Made by a program: the position numbers and the translations under genes. From assembly GCA_036867785.1 (NCBI GenBank), contig CP145426.1:434001-498000 (forward strand): 64,000 nucleotides of DNA, in the 5' to 3' direction. Under the pieces are notes generated by a model that made no database searches, was not told the DNA's origin, and saw nothing but the letters and a program-made list of their open reading frames with translations. This document shows positions 44,479 to 56,798 of the stretch, piece by piece (position 1 is the first letter of the stretch; every line of letters starts with the position of its first letter). Source of the DNA: Plasmodiophora brassicae (taxonomy: Eukaryota).

Positions 44479-45114
44479 CTACCCCGTGCTGGAAAGCGGC
44501 TGATAGGTGTTGGAGACGACGACAGGCGCAGGGCGATCCATCTTCCTGGCCGATCGCCGGCGCCCTTGGACAAGCCACCCGCGGTCGTCCCGACCATTGA
44601 CGCGACACGCGCAAGACGTCCCGGACGTGAAGCGCCGCCAGGTGTCGAACGTGGCGACAAGTGGCCCGAAATGGTCCTTCAGCGTGTTGCGCGCCTGACA
44701 GAACGTGCACCTAACCAGCTGGACCAGGGTCGTCCTGTCGGCCGCATTCGGATCAGCCAGACTAGATACCTTGGCCAGGTGCCTCCAGGAGGTCGTGCAG
44801 CGGGACTTCGCGGCTGCGACGGCCCCTCCCGTCGCGGTGTCGGCGAACGCCCTGCCGAACAGGACCATGGCGACCGTGTGGGCGGCGCTCGTCACGACAT
44901 GCAGGCAGACAGCGACGGCCCACGTGCAGCAGGCGCGCAGCAGTTCGAACGCAAACGTGAGCATCGCACCCGATCACCCTCGACCCGCGCACCCAGATAC
45001 TAAGTCACCACCCAGACTGGGAGACACTCGGCCGCAAGTCAAGCGTTCGTTGTAACGTGCGCGGCACAGGACCACGAATCCAGGTAGACTTGCCGCACAG
45101 CTGAGGAGGCGCAT
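44479..45114 (-). CDS. Hypothetical protein (boundaries uncertain)
   Basis: Coding-like ORF with a hydrophobic segment and CTFC/CAC motifs; probable upstream exon starting MRLLSC. Confidence 0.35.
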
Positions 45115-45325
45115 GGCCCCCTCCCGGTGCGGCGCGACCTGCTTCCAGCACTCGTCTTCCGCTTCATTCAAAGGCGAAATCGTCGAAGGTTCGCTGGCGG
45201 CGTTGCCCAAAAACGTCCCTCGAAAGTAGCCGTGGTTTGCGGGTGCATTTTTCGGGACTGCACCGCATGACGACCGACGGGGCCGCGGGCGATCGTCATT
45301 TCGGTTTTGGGTGGGTTCCAGGCGG

Positions 45326-47386
45326 ATGGGTCGCGTCAAGTCGATCCGTGCGGCGGTGGCGGGCGCGCTGCGGGACGACCCGGCAGCGTCGGCGTCGATC
45401 CGGGACGATGTTCTTGAGGCGACAGGGGATCGCCGCGACGACGGCGTCAGGGCGGCGGCGGTCGCGGCACTCGGCGTCGTCGGTGATGCACGTGATGCCG
45501 CGCGGCTCGTTCGTGCCATGAGCGATTTCCATGATGCGGTTCGTGTGGCGGCGACGCGGGCGCTTGTGCAGAACGACGCGCGTGGGATTCCACCTCCGAT
45601 ATCAGCGTTTGCACCGGCGATACAACTTGCGAGTGATGCCGCCTGGCAGGCCAGGCTCGCGGCTGCCGCTCTCCTTCATGCGTTGTCATGGCGGTACCCG
45701 GCACATTTTGTCGCTATTGGGACGTCTCTATCGGATTCTGCCTTTCAGCGAATGAGTGCGCTGGCATTGGACCCGGTCGAGGATGTTCGTGTACTGGCGT
45801 TTCGGCTGATGGGTGCATTCCCGCGCGGAAGCGTATCCCGTCGACTACTGCTGCAGACCTTATCGAAGGTCCCTTTGCGGGACTTGCGTGATCATCGTGG
45901 CGAGCTTCGCGTCGCGTTCAATATCGAAACCGAGGTCGAGTCTGCCACGGCTGATGACGGGCACACCGCTGGGGCCTTTGTACACGGTCTCGAGGATGAA
46001 TTCAAGCGCGTTCGGCTGGCGGCGATCGACTCCATTGTCGCGCTCTGCGGTTTCGATCGCGAGTTCGCAGATAATGCTGTGGACTTCCTTGTCGATATGC
46101 TGAACGACGAAGTGAGAGCTGTTCGAGTCCGCGCGATTGCCGCTGTCAGGCGTTTAGCTTTAGCAGGCGTTGTACTGACGACGTTGCAACTGGAGACGGT
46201 CCTCGGGAATCTTGTGGAACTGTCGACAGCACGCGAAACGCTCAGTCTCATCGCGGCTCTTCGACTGGTTGGCGTCAGCCAGTTGCAGGCTGCCCTGGTC
46301 GCCCTGTTAAAATGCGACATCGATGATGATGTACGCGCCACCCTACGTGCTGTGGCGATTCGACATCGCGAGCTGGCACAAAGTCTCGTCAAGCTATGGC
46401 AGTCTGCTAATCCCTTTGTTTTTAACTCCCGTCAAGCGATCCCAAGCCCGGCGTATTCGGCGTTTATGCTCTTCTTTCGCTGTAAGCTATCGTCCATTTA
46501 TATGCGTTTGGAAACCTGATGCACATTGGCAGGCGCGCAGCCGGGAGACCTGCCTAAGGGGTTTGTCCATCAGCTGGAACACTGCGGCGTTCATACTCCA
46601 GTCTCAAGGAACTCGTTTCGTTGGCAATGCCCACGCGAGATCAACGTAGTAGCAAGGGAGGTCCTCACGTTGTGCTCACAAAGGCGGTACAAGGCGGCAG
46701 CGGATGCCGTTGCGGAGAATCTGTGCCCGCGTCTTAGAGCAGAACAATGTCCCAGTGCTCTGTTCGACCTGTGCAACCTCTATGCGGAATGGCTTCAGTG
46801 TACCTGTGTCTGCCTGGTCAATGCCGACGATTTCGTCGCGAGTAACCTGTCGTATCGCGTCGCCAGGGCCATGGCTGACGCGTTTCTCGGGTTGACATCT
46901 GCACAACGATGCAGTATCCAACGTGCCCTAAAGACTTCCGCCATCTTAGCGCAGAACGAACAGGGCGATCGCGAAATTCCTCAATGGTGGCCCGGCGAAC
47001 TTCCATCGTCAATCAAAAGAATCAAGTTCGAGATTGTTGAGCCGCGATCAGATCCAGAGAAACCAATTCGAGCCCGGCCTCATTCACCTGCCGTCGTCCA
47101 TCTCACTGCCGTCCTCCATTTTCTGCCGAATTTGGAGCGCCTTCGCATTTCACTAGAATTCGTCGATGGGTCGGTTCACTTGGTTCGCCCCGCCCCGGAA
47201 GATATCGTGTTCGAGGGCCCTGGTCGTCACCGTCTTCGTTGCGTCGTTCGCGTTCCACATGATATATCTCGACGTCGGCAACAGCAAGTCGCAGAACTCG
47301 GTCTCGTTCTTGTTAACGATGACGGCCTCGCGCTGGGTCTCGATTCCTTTGGGCCACGTGTTAAACTGTATTTGCTTGGAACCTGA
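45326..47386 (+). CDS. INTS4: Integrator complex subunit 4-like HEAT-repeat protein, 2 exons
   Basis: LLQTLSK and GAFVHGLEDEFKRVRLAAIDSI..L....FADNAVDFLVDMLNDE..VR form the INTS4 signature; C-terminal beta-rich domain. Confidence 0.85.
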
Positions 47387-47606
47387 ATTGTCGTCGACCT
47401 CCACCGTTTCTTCATGCTGACGCGTGGTATGCCTTGCCGCCTGTAAGGGGGGACTCACTTAGTCAATGGGAGGTGTATCCTTTGACATGTATACTCCAGG
47501 GACGATGTTCCATCCGGGTGGCACGAGCGGTGGCACCGCCACATTGCTGCACGTCACTGTCCTTGCTGTCCGTCGAAACCCGGAAGGCGGTCTCTCGCAT
47601 AGCGCC

Positions 47607-50350
47607 ATGTCTAGGAAGACCCCTGGAACGAACGTTGGTCGCGGATCGGACCCCTGCCAGGCTTCGTTCTGACTGTACGTTATAGAAGCCTTCTGGGCGA
47701 TCTGCTGACCTGTTTTCTGAGATCGAGGCCTCACTTGGCACGAACAAACGAGCGCAAGACCAGCAGACTGCGGTCGCCAGCTCCTCCTACCCCAAGGGAT
47801 CCATTAATCCATCCTCTCGTGCAGGTCCTACCCAGGTACCAAACACAACTGTCGTCTCTAATACCAACATAACACATTATCGGCGGCGGCGCAGGGCGAA
47901 CGCAACCCCCAATATCACACAATAGCCACTGCACCTCCCAGCACATTTCATCCCGTTATTTCGACCAAGGACGAAGAGCCATCTGAGGAAGACGAATACG
48001 GTTCAGATTTCGAGGTGATCTCCCGTCCTGGATGACATCGACGTTGCTGATGCCCCACCTTGTCGAGCAGGCGTATTCCGATGACTTCGATGAGGAAGAG
48101 GAAGAACCTACCGAGCCACCCAGTGCTGTTGTCGCTGCGTCTCCTGGAACACCACAGCCGACAATCACTCGGCCTGTGCGACGACGTACCCACGCCTTGG
48201 ACGCTAGAAGCAAGGTACCAATGTCACCGCCATGTGCATAACGTAGCTGATTGAAGGGATTTATGTAGAAAGTATTGGCGGTCGTAAAGCTTGTGGAGGA
48301 GTCCTCCGACATTTATCACGTCGAGCCGGATGCGCGCGCGATACGCCGCCTGAATACAACCACGACCGCATCGCAGTTCAACGATGACTGGATCGCATCC
48401 GCAGTCCAGACAGATGACATACATAGCGCTGAAGGTACCTCATCTTGCAGCTCTTCGCTATCCCCAGCTAAGCGCGTTTCCAGCGTCGTCGCAATGCCCT
48501 GAAGCTGGGCACGCGTCCTCGAACGTCGATTCCATTCGATTGCAGAAGGTGCGGCACGTTCCCTGTCCTATTGTGTGTATAGACGCTAACCTGGCTGCCA
48601 GTTCATTCGAGCTGCTGCGCGGCTCTGCGAGGCCGCTATTCTCCAAGGCCGAAGTATCGGCCACCTTCTAATGAAAGAGAAATCACACGCGCTGGAACTC
48701 AGCTGTCCCCCGCTCATCAACGTATGACCACGTAGTGGACGTTCCGTCGTTAATGTCGCGCTGATGTCTTCCAGGGTCGTGATGTCGTTTCCATAGACTG
48801 CTCCCCTGTGCAATCGCAGATCGTCCTTGTCGGGTATGGTCCCAGTGAAGCGAGTCGAAGCATGGCCCTCCTCTGCGTTTGGGACGTCGAGCAGCCGACC
48901 CGACCATCCGCGTACGCCGTCGTCTGTTGTCGCTGGATACGATTTTGACTCGTATTCAGGGTTCTGTCCTGCTTTGGGACCGTCCGCCGTTGCCTACTAG
49001 CCGTACATGCTGGGTCCCTGGTTGCCATAGCCGGCCTGGAACAAGGCAGTCTGGCACTTTGGGATCTGCGGGAACCTCCCACTATGCACAAACTGGTTCG
49101 TCCGCAATACTGTGTTACTGGGCCGGTCACGAGAGACGTTATCACAGGTGAAATGCCCATCGCCCAGCGAAGAGGTATTTCTGCACCGTCAAGCAACGTT
49201 TACGACCGACGACTTCCTGGATGGGAACCATGCCAGCCCCGTCTGCTGCCTGTCGAACCTGTCGTCACCGGCGCAACGTGCAGGCACGTCGTACGCCGTT
49301 TCCGCTCTTCGTGTGGTCGCTCATGCAGATGCAGGCCAATCGGCTGTGCAGGTCGCTTCGATGGACGTGCTGGGCGCAGTCAACGTCTGGACACTGCTCG
49401 AAATCTCGGCGCCTGACGACATGGACCCGGGTCTAGCCATTGGCGGTCGCGTCAAACTTGTCCTGTAAGCCGCTTGGGAAGCCCGTTCGACATTGGTGCC
49501 TAATCTGGATAACAGGTCGCTCTTGGTTCGGGTCGCGTCGCAAAGTTCGCTGCCGTCGACGATCGAGTTCTGTCGCCGCGATCCGAACGACTACCTGCTG
49601 GCCGACGGGTGCGCTTGCATTATTCGCGGGAAACGGTTTGGCACGCCACCGGATCCGTCGATGTACTTCCCGCCTGGTCGCACCGTCGACTACCCGTTAT
49701 CGTTGTCGTCATCGCCCTTCGTCGACGGCTTGTTCCTCGCTGGGTACGCCAGCGGTATGTTGTGGTACGTGTACCCGAGACAACGACCACGTTGTGTAAG
49801 TTTACCCATCATCGTGCGCCGTGTCAGTTTATTCAACATGGCCGTCTGCGAGCCGGTCATGTCATGGCCGATGGCGAGCGCATCGGGCATCGTCCAGGTG
49901 TTGTGGTCGCCACGTTCCCCAACGCAATTCTTCGCCCTGGACCGGAACGGGGTCCTCTCGATCTGGGACCTGATGGACCCATCTGCGATTCGATTATCGC
50001 CGTCGGCATTGACGATGGCCCAGGCCCCCATGAAATGCATCCAGCTGCCCCAGGCTACCGACCACTTCTGCATCCCGTAACGTGCGCGTTCGTTTCGTCA
50101 AGCCGACTCCATTTGAGTGAGCGCTCATTGCAGCGTCCCTGCCGAAAAGGACGACACGACCGTATCCATCGTGTACAGAGTCGAACGCGGCACAGTCAAG
50201 GTGTCGGCATTACCATTGTAATCGTTTCCCCGTGTGGCCTCAACCGCTCGTCTGCTAACGCTGTTGTGCTGTGCACCCAGAGTGCCAGGTCCACGTGCGA
50301 ACGCACCCGCCAGCGATGCTCTGCAATGGTTGCAGTCGTGCACATCCTGA
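47607..50350 (+). CDS. DYNC2I1: Dynein-2 intermediate chain WDR60-like, many exons (ends approximate)
   Basis: YSDDFD, SQFNDD...VQTDDI, TFTTDDF..NHASPV, VASMDVLGAVNVW, DPGLAIGGRVKLV, WSPRSPTQFFALD..LSIWDL. Confidence 0.82.
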
Positions 50351-50357
50351 CACAACG

Positions 50358-51803
50358 TCAAGCATCTATTAAATATGTGCGGCTAGATCCGTCTTCCTCG
50401 ACGTCCAGGTTAACGATCCGGGACACGACCGGGTCCCAGCCGAGCAACGGGTTCACCGCCCACTCCGCTGGTGTGCAATGTGGTACGATGACGGTGACGG
50501 GTAGCCGTGCCTGACACGCACCCATCATCAACATGAGTGTTCGCTCAACCTGCGCCAAAGCGTGCCGATACCTCGATGTCACCAGATCCGCAAGGGACGG
50601 GAACGAACACCTCGATCCAGTAGCGACAGACGACAACCCTGCCGAGAGTCGTTGGAGTTAACGGTTTCCCGTCGTCATCGGTTAGGCTGAGCGGGATCCT
50701 GAGCGCGTTGTCCCCCATGCGGTCATCGCCAGCCTGGACGCCGTCGGCGACCTGGACCCGGACGCGGTCGATGCGACAGTACCGGGCGGTGGTTCCATGC
50801 ATTTGCAACGACCGGTACAGTTCGACCTTGATGTGCTCGACGTCGACCGTCGACGAATTGTTGAACTCGACGATCAGGTCCGCCGTCGTACCGCTCTGGT
50901 ACGCCTTCTGGGCGAAGCGAACGCGAAGGAACACGGAACCCTATGGTCGCAACTGTTAGGCGACGACGTCGCGCCGCCGAGGATCGACAGTGCCACCTCG
51001 TTACCTTATTCAAACAGCACCACGTGCGGATCGCCGCGTTGCAATCGCGCTTGACGGTGGCGATCGAGGCCAGCGGGCGACCTTTGACAATGAGGTCGCA
51101 GGTGGCCCGAATGACAGCGTAGTCGTCATCGGGGTTGTCCGGTCGTACAACCATTTCGGCAGTCATCGCATCTACACAGAGGAGCGCCACCGCGTCAGTC
51201 CGATGCAAACCTGCAACGTGCGACCGCTCACTGACAGGAGACGCGAGCGCGGTATTGCCCAGCGTCACTGATGTCTGGATGCGTTGGCGCCCTGTCATCC
51301 GCAAACCTGGTACTCATGTGAGACCCGATGGGACACAAACGCGACGTCGGCTTCGTACGATCCGGGGACGTTCCGCGGCAGCTCGAACTCGAACGGGAAC
51401 AGGTAGTGGCCGGGCTGCAGGACGTCGTCAGCGAGGTGGATGGGAGCGCGCACGTTGAATATCTCCCGGCTATTCTCGTGATGGTGAACGGCGACACGTT
51501 TCTTATCGCCCTTGCTTCGATCCCGCGCAAGCGCCGACCAGGACGCCGATTCTGCGCGAATTCGTCATCCGCGGTGCGCGTTCGTACGAGTACGTGACGA
51601 CGACCGCATCACGTACCATGGCCGTTGATCTGCAGGTAGATGCCATCGGTGGCCAGTGGCGATACGACGTTGACAAACAGGTGGCCGCGTACGACCTGCG
51701 TGCCCGAGTACGCCGGGTCAACCGTACGCACCACCATCGCAGTCGCAGACAGGAACGCGGGCGTCACGACCGTCGACATATGGCCACTACCGAGCGTCGT
51801 CAT
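50358..51803 (-). CDS. Arrestin-domain (alpha-arrestin-like) protein, multi-exon
   Basis: VRGHLFVNV..GIYLQINGH, FPFEFELP, KAYQSG..IVEFNNSSTVDVEHIKVEL, PTTLGRVVVCRYWIEV, LPVTV. Confidence 0.8.
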
Positions 51804-52242
51804 TCCGTTACCACTACCAGACGAAACACAGAGAGACTGCGTCCAGTGCACCAGATCGTCGTCGTGACAGCCGCCTTCCCCTGACCTGACTAATATCGCG
51901 TGATTAATCCCGGCCTACGTATCCGCATCACCGTCACGACAGATCATGGGCTTGTACTACCTTGCCGCGTGGCTACGGCGCCGCTCGTGCAACGCGTTAC
52001 ACAGGGTGAGGGCGGGGCGACTGCAGACGCCAGTCGTCGCGCGCGATTCGTTGACGGACTCCGCGTCAGGAAGACAGCTGTTTCTATTTCATCGATGCAT
52101 CTGGACGACGTCCGAGGCAAAGGGACTTCATTATTGCACACTTTCGGTATATGCTGGAAGTCCTGCCTCTGATTGTGAGCAGTGCTCACTTACTCGTACG
52201 CTCAGGGGATAATTACTTTGGACGACGAGGCCGAGGAGGAGG

Positions 52243-53417
52243 CGGAGACACCTCTTGACATCCGCGGAAGCAAACGGACGCGGACTGATTCGGGGCCGAC
52301 GTCATCATCACCAACGAGGAGCAGGCAAGCGGGCGCCTGCTCTTCGTATGACAAGGAGAGTCGAGTCAGCGTCGATTGCACACTGGGCGATGTGCTCTAC
52401 GACTTGCTTCCCTACGTCGATCCTGAGAACAAAACCAAGCATTACATGATCGTGGCATGGATGTTCGTGGCCAGGTCTCGGCGGATGGCAGCTGGTTCTT
52501 GATACATCTGAAGGAACGGGCCTGCAAGGCCGCGGATCTGATCGACCCGACGAAGAAGTCTGACGCCGCGGATTTGTTAAGTTGTCCACAGTCGCAAGCC
52601 TTGATGGGCTTCTACGCTGCCAGGGAGCGACGGACGGCGATCATTGAGATCCCACTCGCCTCGAATGTTTATCCCAAGGCGGTTCAGCGCCATGTGCGCG
52701 GGCTCAAATACCCGGACATCGTCGTTCAGGTCACCTGGGTGTTGACTGAGCGCGCTGAAGAAGGCGAAAACGAGACGGAGCCCGTCGAGAGCGTGTACTA
52801 GTGGAATAGTACAGATATTCGTTACCGTTGCTGGTGTCTGTTGGTTACAGTGAAGTTCAACTGCGAGTCCAGCCGCGTCCAGGGATGACAAACTATACGC
52901 GTTTACCGCATCTTCCAGCTTCCTGGACGACGATGTCCGAGTATTTGCGCCCGTGAACATCGCGCTGAACCGCCTTCGGATAAACAGTCGAGGAGAGACG
53001 TGCGATATCAACTATCGCCGTCCGTCGCCTTTAGCAGCGTAGAAGCCCATCAAGGCTTGCGACTGTGGACAACTTAACAAATCCGCGGCGTCAGACTTCT
53101 TCGTCGGGTCGATCAGATCCGCGGCCTTGCAGGCCCGTTCCTTCAGATGTATCAAGAACCAGCTGCCATCCGCCGAGACCTGGCCACGAACGTCCACGGT
53201 CATGACGTTCTTTGCCACGATCATGTAATGCTTGGTTTTGTTCTCAGGATCGACGTAGGGAAGCAAGTCGTAGAGCACATCGCCCAGTGTGCAATCGACG
53301 ATGACTCGATTCTCCTTGCCATACGAAGAGCAGGCCACCTGCTCGCCTGCTCCTCGTTGCTGTGCCCCGAATCAGTCCTCGTCCGTTTGCTTCCGCGGAT
53401 GTCAAGAGGCGTCTCCG
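52243..53417. repeat. Inverted duplication (~400-bp arms at 52243-52641 and 53014-53417) of a degenerate coding sequence
   Basis: Both arms encode ETPLDIRGSKRTRTDSG...DCTLGDVLYDLLPYVDPENKTKHYMIVA...QSQALMGFYAA in opposite orientation, with long identical stretches. The + copy has a frameshifting deletion; the - copy is truncated. Confidence 0.93.
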
Positions 53418-53910
53418 GATCGGGATCCATTCCGGGTCGGGTTCTCATTTCGGACACCCTTTCGGATCGGTAACCTGGACGGTAGATCGATGGATGCATA
53501 CACGTTGTCGACACCCGTTCAGCACAGGTGACTTCTCGCATAAGCTCAAACATGCAGCGTTGCGATATACCAAGTTGCTATCGCGCTGGGTACATCCCGA
53601 ATCGTATTGGCTCGCGAAACCTTAGTACCCCTCCTCACTCCGGGTGAAATGGCATGTGCTGACGCCCCGGCACATGGCCACCAGGGCCACGCCGACCTGT
53701 GCAAGGCCATGGTTGCGCAGCGGCGCCTCTGCGATGCCGTCGGCATCTTCGACATGATCGGCGTGCATATATTCACGATGGTCGTCAGCGCCGCGTCCAC
53801 GTCGTCAAGTGCTAAACAACGCGTTTGTCGCCGGCGCGTTCGCAGTTAGATGTCCCGTCCCTCAGTGTACATATAACGTGTGTCGCGGTGGGCGGGAGGG
53901 GAGGCGCCCT

Positions 53911-54111
53911 TCAAACGTAGTTGGGGGCCGCCTGCAGGCCGGGGGGCGGCCGTTTCGGCAGGAAGATCATGCACAGGCACGAGACCGGGAAGCAGAACAG
54001 GATGCAGCCGAGGATGCCCTTGCTGTCGGACGTCGACCGGCTGATGGCCCATCCGCCCACCACCCAGCACACGATCCAGACGGCGATCACGATCGCGATC
54101 TCCGCTACCAT
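53911..54111 (-). CDS. Small two-TM membrane protein (66 aa)
   Basis: ATG ORF with two hydrophobic, Cys-containing helices and a Pro-rich tail. Confidence 0.55.
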   Translation of the reverse strand: MVAEIAIVIAVWIVCWVVGGWAISRSTSDSKGILGCILFCFPVSCLCMIFLPKRPPPGLQAAPNYV

Positions 54112-54681
54112 ATTCGTCGCTCACAACGGTGCAACTCCCACGTACGCGCGCGTGTGAGGTTCAGTTCGACGGGCGCGGGCGCGCGCGTGCCCCCCGTTCC
54201 CTTATTGACCAGCGATGAGTCGTACATTCAGCGGCCGGCGGCTGCGAGGTATCTGTCAGCCTGTGCTCGTATCAGACCCGAAGTTGCAAAGCCCCTAAGG
54301 CCAGCGCATGGATGGACGGGCATGTCATGCACTGCGAGCGCAGGCGCCCGACCGCGCATACGTCTCCCGCTGTATCCATGGTCGGATTCGCCTGGCGTCA
54401 ACGCGCCGTTGGCATCGGCGACGTTAGGGGAACGACCCGCGTTGCGCCGACGCACGTCTCCAGTGCACCTGCAGAATCCTCATGCGCTTGTCGGCGTAAG
54501 AAATGGCCCCTGCCGGTGAGGGGCAAAGAGTCATCTAACAGTCGGCTTCATTACGCACACGTTGTTCGAGGCAATAGCGCATGGTCGATTTGAAAACGGT
54601 CGCCTCTCGCGATCACCCGTGGGACGTCTCCCCCACCTGTACTGTTGATGGTTATTCGGCACACCCGCGCGGGCCAGGGCA

Positions 54682-55983
54682 TCATTGGCTCGCCCATCGC
54701 CATTGGCGATCGTCGTCGAACGGTCGCTCGAGTCGGGAGACGGGGATCACGTCGGCGATGCTCGCGTACCTGCTGCGCAGGCTGCGTCCCCAGGACCGAA
54801 CGTGATGCTGTATGGCAATCGCGTTCGGGTGCCGTTGATGGTTGCCAGCCGCCGAACGGAGCAGGTCGGCACAGGCGTCCGACGAAATTGCAACGTCCGG
54901 CCTGGTTTCGTCCCTGCAAGCGGCAAGCAGATCGGGGAGGGCCCAGGCGGCAACGTTGGGGTGAAACACGCTGGATGGCAGTATCTCAATCGCGCTCCCT
55001 AACGTCTGCAGCCGGGTCAGCACGCTGGCGTCTCTCATCATCTCGTCAATGTCCTGCTCGGGTTCCCCGCTGCTGTCCAGCATCCCGTCCATCAGCATCG
55101 GCCACAGGGCGTGTCCCGGACGCGATCCTGCACCACCACCAGCCACCACACGATTCATTAGCAAGCGCGCGGTGGGCCTTCGGCAACGTACCCATGACGC
55201 TCAAGCTGATCGTATTCGGTTTGTGCAGCAGCACGTTGGCGTGCAGTTCATGCTCTAGGCCGACGAACGCATCGTACTGGTCCACGAACGCGTCGGGTAT
55301 CGGTGCGACACACTCGACGTCCGGGTCCACAACCACTGTAATAGGCGCACACACCGACGTCATCGAGCAGGTCGTGTATCGTTCCCGACTGTCGTACCGC
55401 CGCCGACGAGGAATAGGATGGCGTACCACAGGAACTGTCGTTGTGTGGGCGCCGGGAGGCGCTGGAATCGATCCGAACGGTCCGGGAATGCCGACTTGAC
55501 GAACGCGTAGGCGTCCAGTCGGCTCCAGAACATGTACCGCCAGGTGGGATTGTGGTCCACCCACGTTTTCATCCACGACGCCACCGGGAAGCGTTCACCA
55601 CGACTATACAGCCTATGTCAGGAGCATCGGTCAGATCGTTGCTCCCCGTCAGGGACGGCGCCGACTACGAACTCAGCGGGAACGGCGTCCGCGTCGTCCA
55701 GGTACTGGTGGATGACTCTGGGGACCTTGACGGGCGGGTTCCTGTCAAGCTGCCCACGTAGATAGGCGGTTCGCGCATTGGCACGACACGTGGCATCAGC
55801 GCGACACTGTTGATCCGCCCAGTATGGGTCAGACGTGTGCCCGACGGGCAGGTCTGCTAACGGCATGCGAGGCGTGTACACGAACGCGATGTAGTAGCCC
55901 GTGACGAGGAGGGCGCCGGCTGCGATCGCCTTCCCGATGCTGGACCAGACCAGCCTGGCACGACGCCGATGCTTTAGTGGCAT
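54682..55983 (-). CDS. Glycosyltransferase family 32 (OCH1/SUR1-like), type II membrane, multi-exon (3' end uncertain)
   Basis: N-terminal TM, VPRVIHQ, WMKTWVDHNPTWRYMFW, ILFLVGG..VDPDVEC (DxD). Confidence 0.75.
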
Positions 55984-56243
55984 ACGCTGCAGCCCCACAC
56001 ATGGGGATGACGGCGACGACAGCAGGACCGACAGAATTCGGTCCTTCACAAACGCCTTCATCTTTGACTGAGACGGGCCTAGATGACCATCATTCGCCCA
56101 TCCGCTGACAGTGCCAGAGTAACTCAGGTTTGCAGATTTCCATGTGCGTCAAAGTCGCTACCGAGCAGGGAGGACGTGGAGAGCTGTCTCGGCGGACACC
56201 GGACAGCACCCTGCGAATTGTAATGGTCAGCCGCGCGGACGTG

Positions 56244-56648
56244 ATGACTCACCCGAGCGAGGTCGGCCTTGATGAGTCAGGCCGGCACAGGGCGCGTCGC
56301 CATTCTATTAATTACAATATGTCGGCGGCGCTGTTTACTCTGTTCCAGAACGAGGGCGTGTCGTTCACAGCCGAGGACGATCAGAAGATCAAGGGGCTGT
56401 ACCGAGCGCCTTACGCGGTCGACGGCGACGCCGAGCCGCGGCAGTTTTCGCCAACGACGTTCCACCTGTCGCATATCGTCCATCAGAAGCTTGCGCACAC
56501 GTCGCCGGTCAAGACGAACCCGGTGGCGTCCCCGACACAGCACCGATTCATCGCCCGCGTGTTGTTGCCTCCAGTGCCGCCCATCGATACCGCTCCCAAG
56601 AAGCAGTCGCGAGCGCGGATTCGCAATACGATACGGAAACTGTTCTAA
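56244..56648 (+). CDS. Small hypothetical protein
   Basis: Coding-like codon usage; no recognisable domain. Confidence 0.4.
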   Translation: MTHPSEVGLDESGRHRARRHSINYNMSAALFTLFQNEGVSFTAEDDQKIKGLYRAPYAVDGDAEPRQFSPTTFHLSHIVHQKLAHTSPVKTNPVASPTQHRFIARVLLPPVPPIDTAPKKQSRARIRNTIRKLF

Positions 56649-56798
56649 GAGCAGCCGCAGCAAATTAAACGGTCATGAAAACCGTGCCTGTCTGGAAGGG
56701 GTTCCACGTGGGAGCGGCCTCGAGACAGTGTGGAGATATTATCGGACGGAGGCTCCGGAAAGGGGGGCGCCGCGTCGTTCGGCCTGTCACAGTCCAAC

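Noticed and set aside
24524-50350. Ciliary genes as a functional cluster
   Set aside because: Scattered over 26 kb among unrelated genes, as expected in a compact genome of a flagellated organism.
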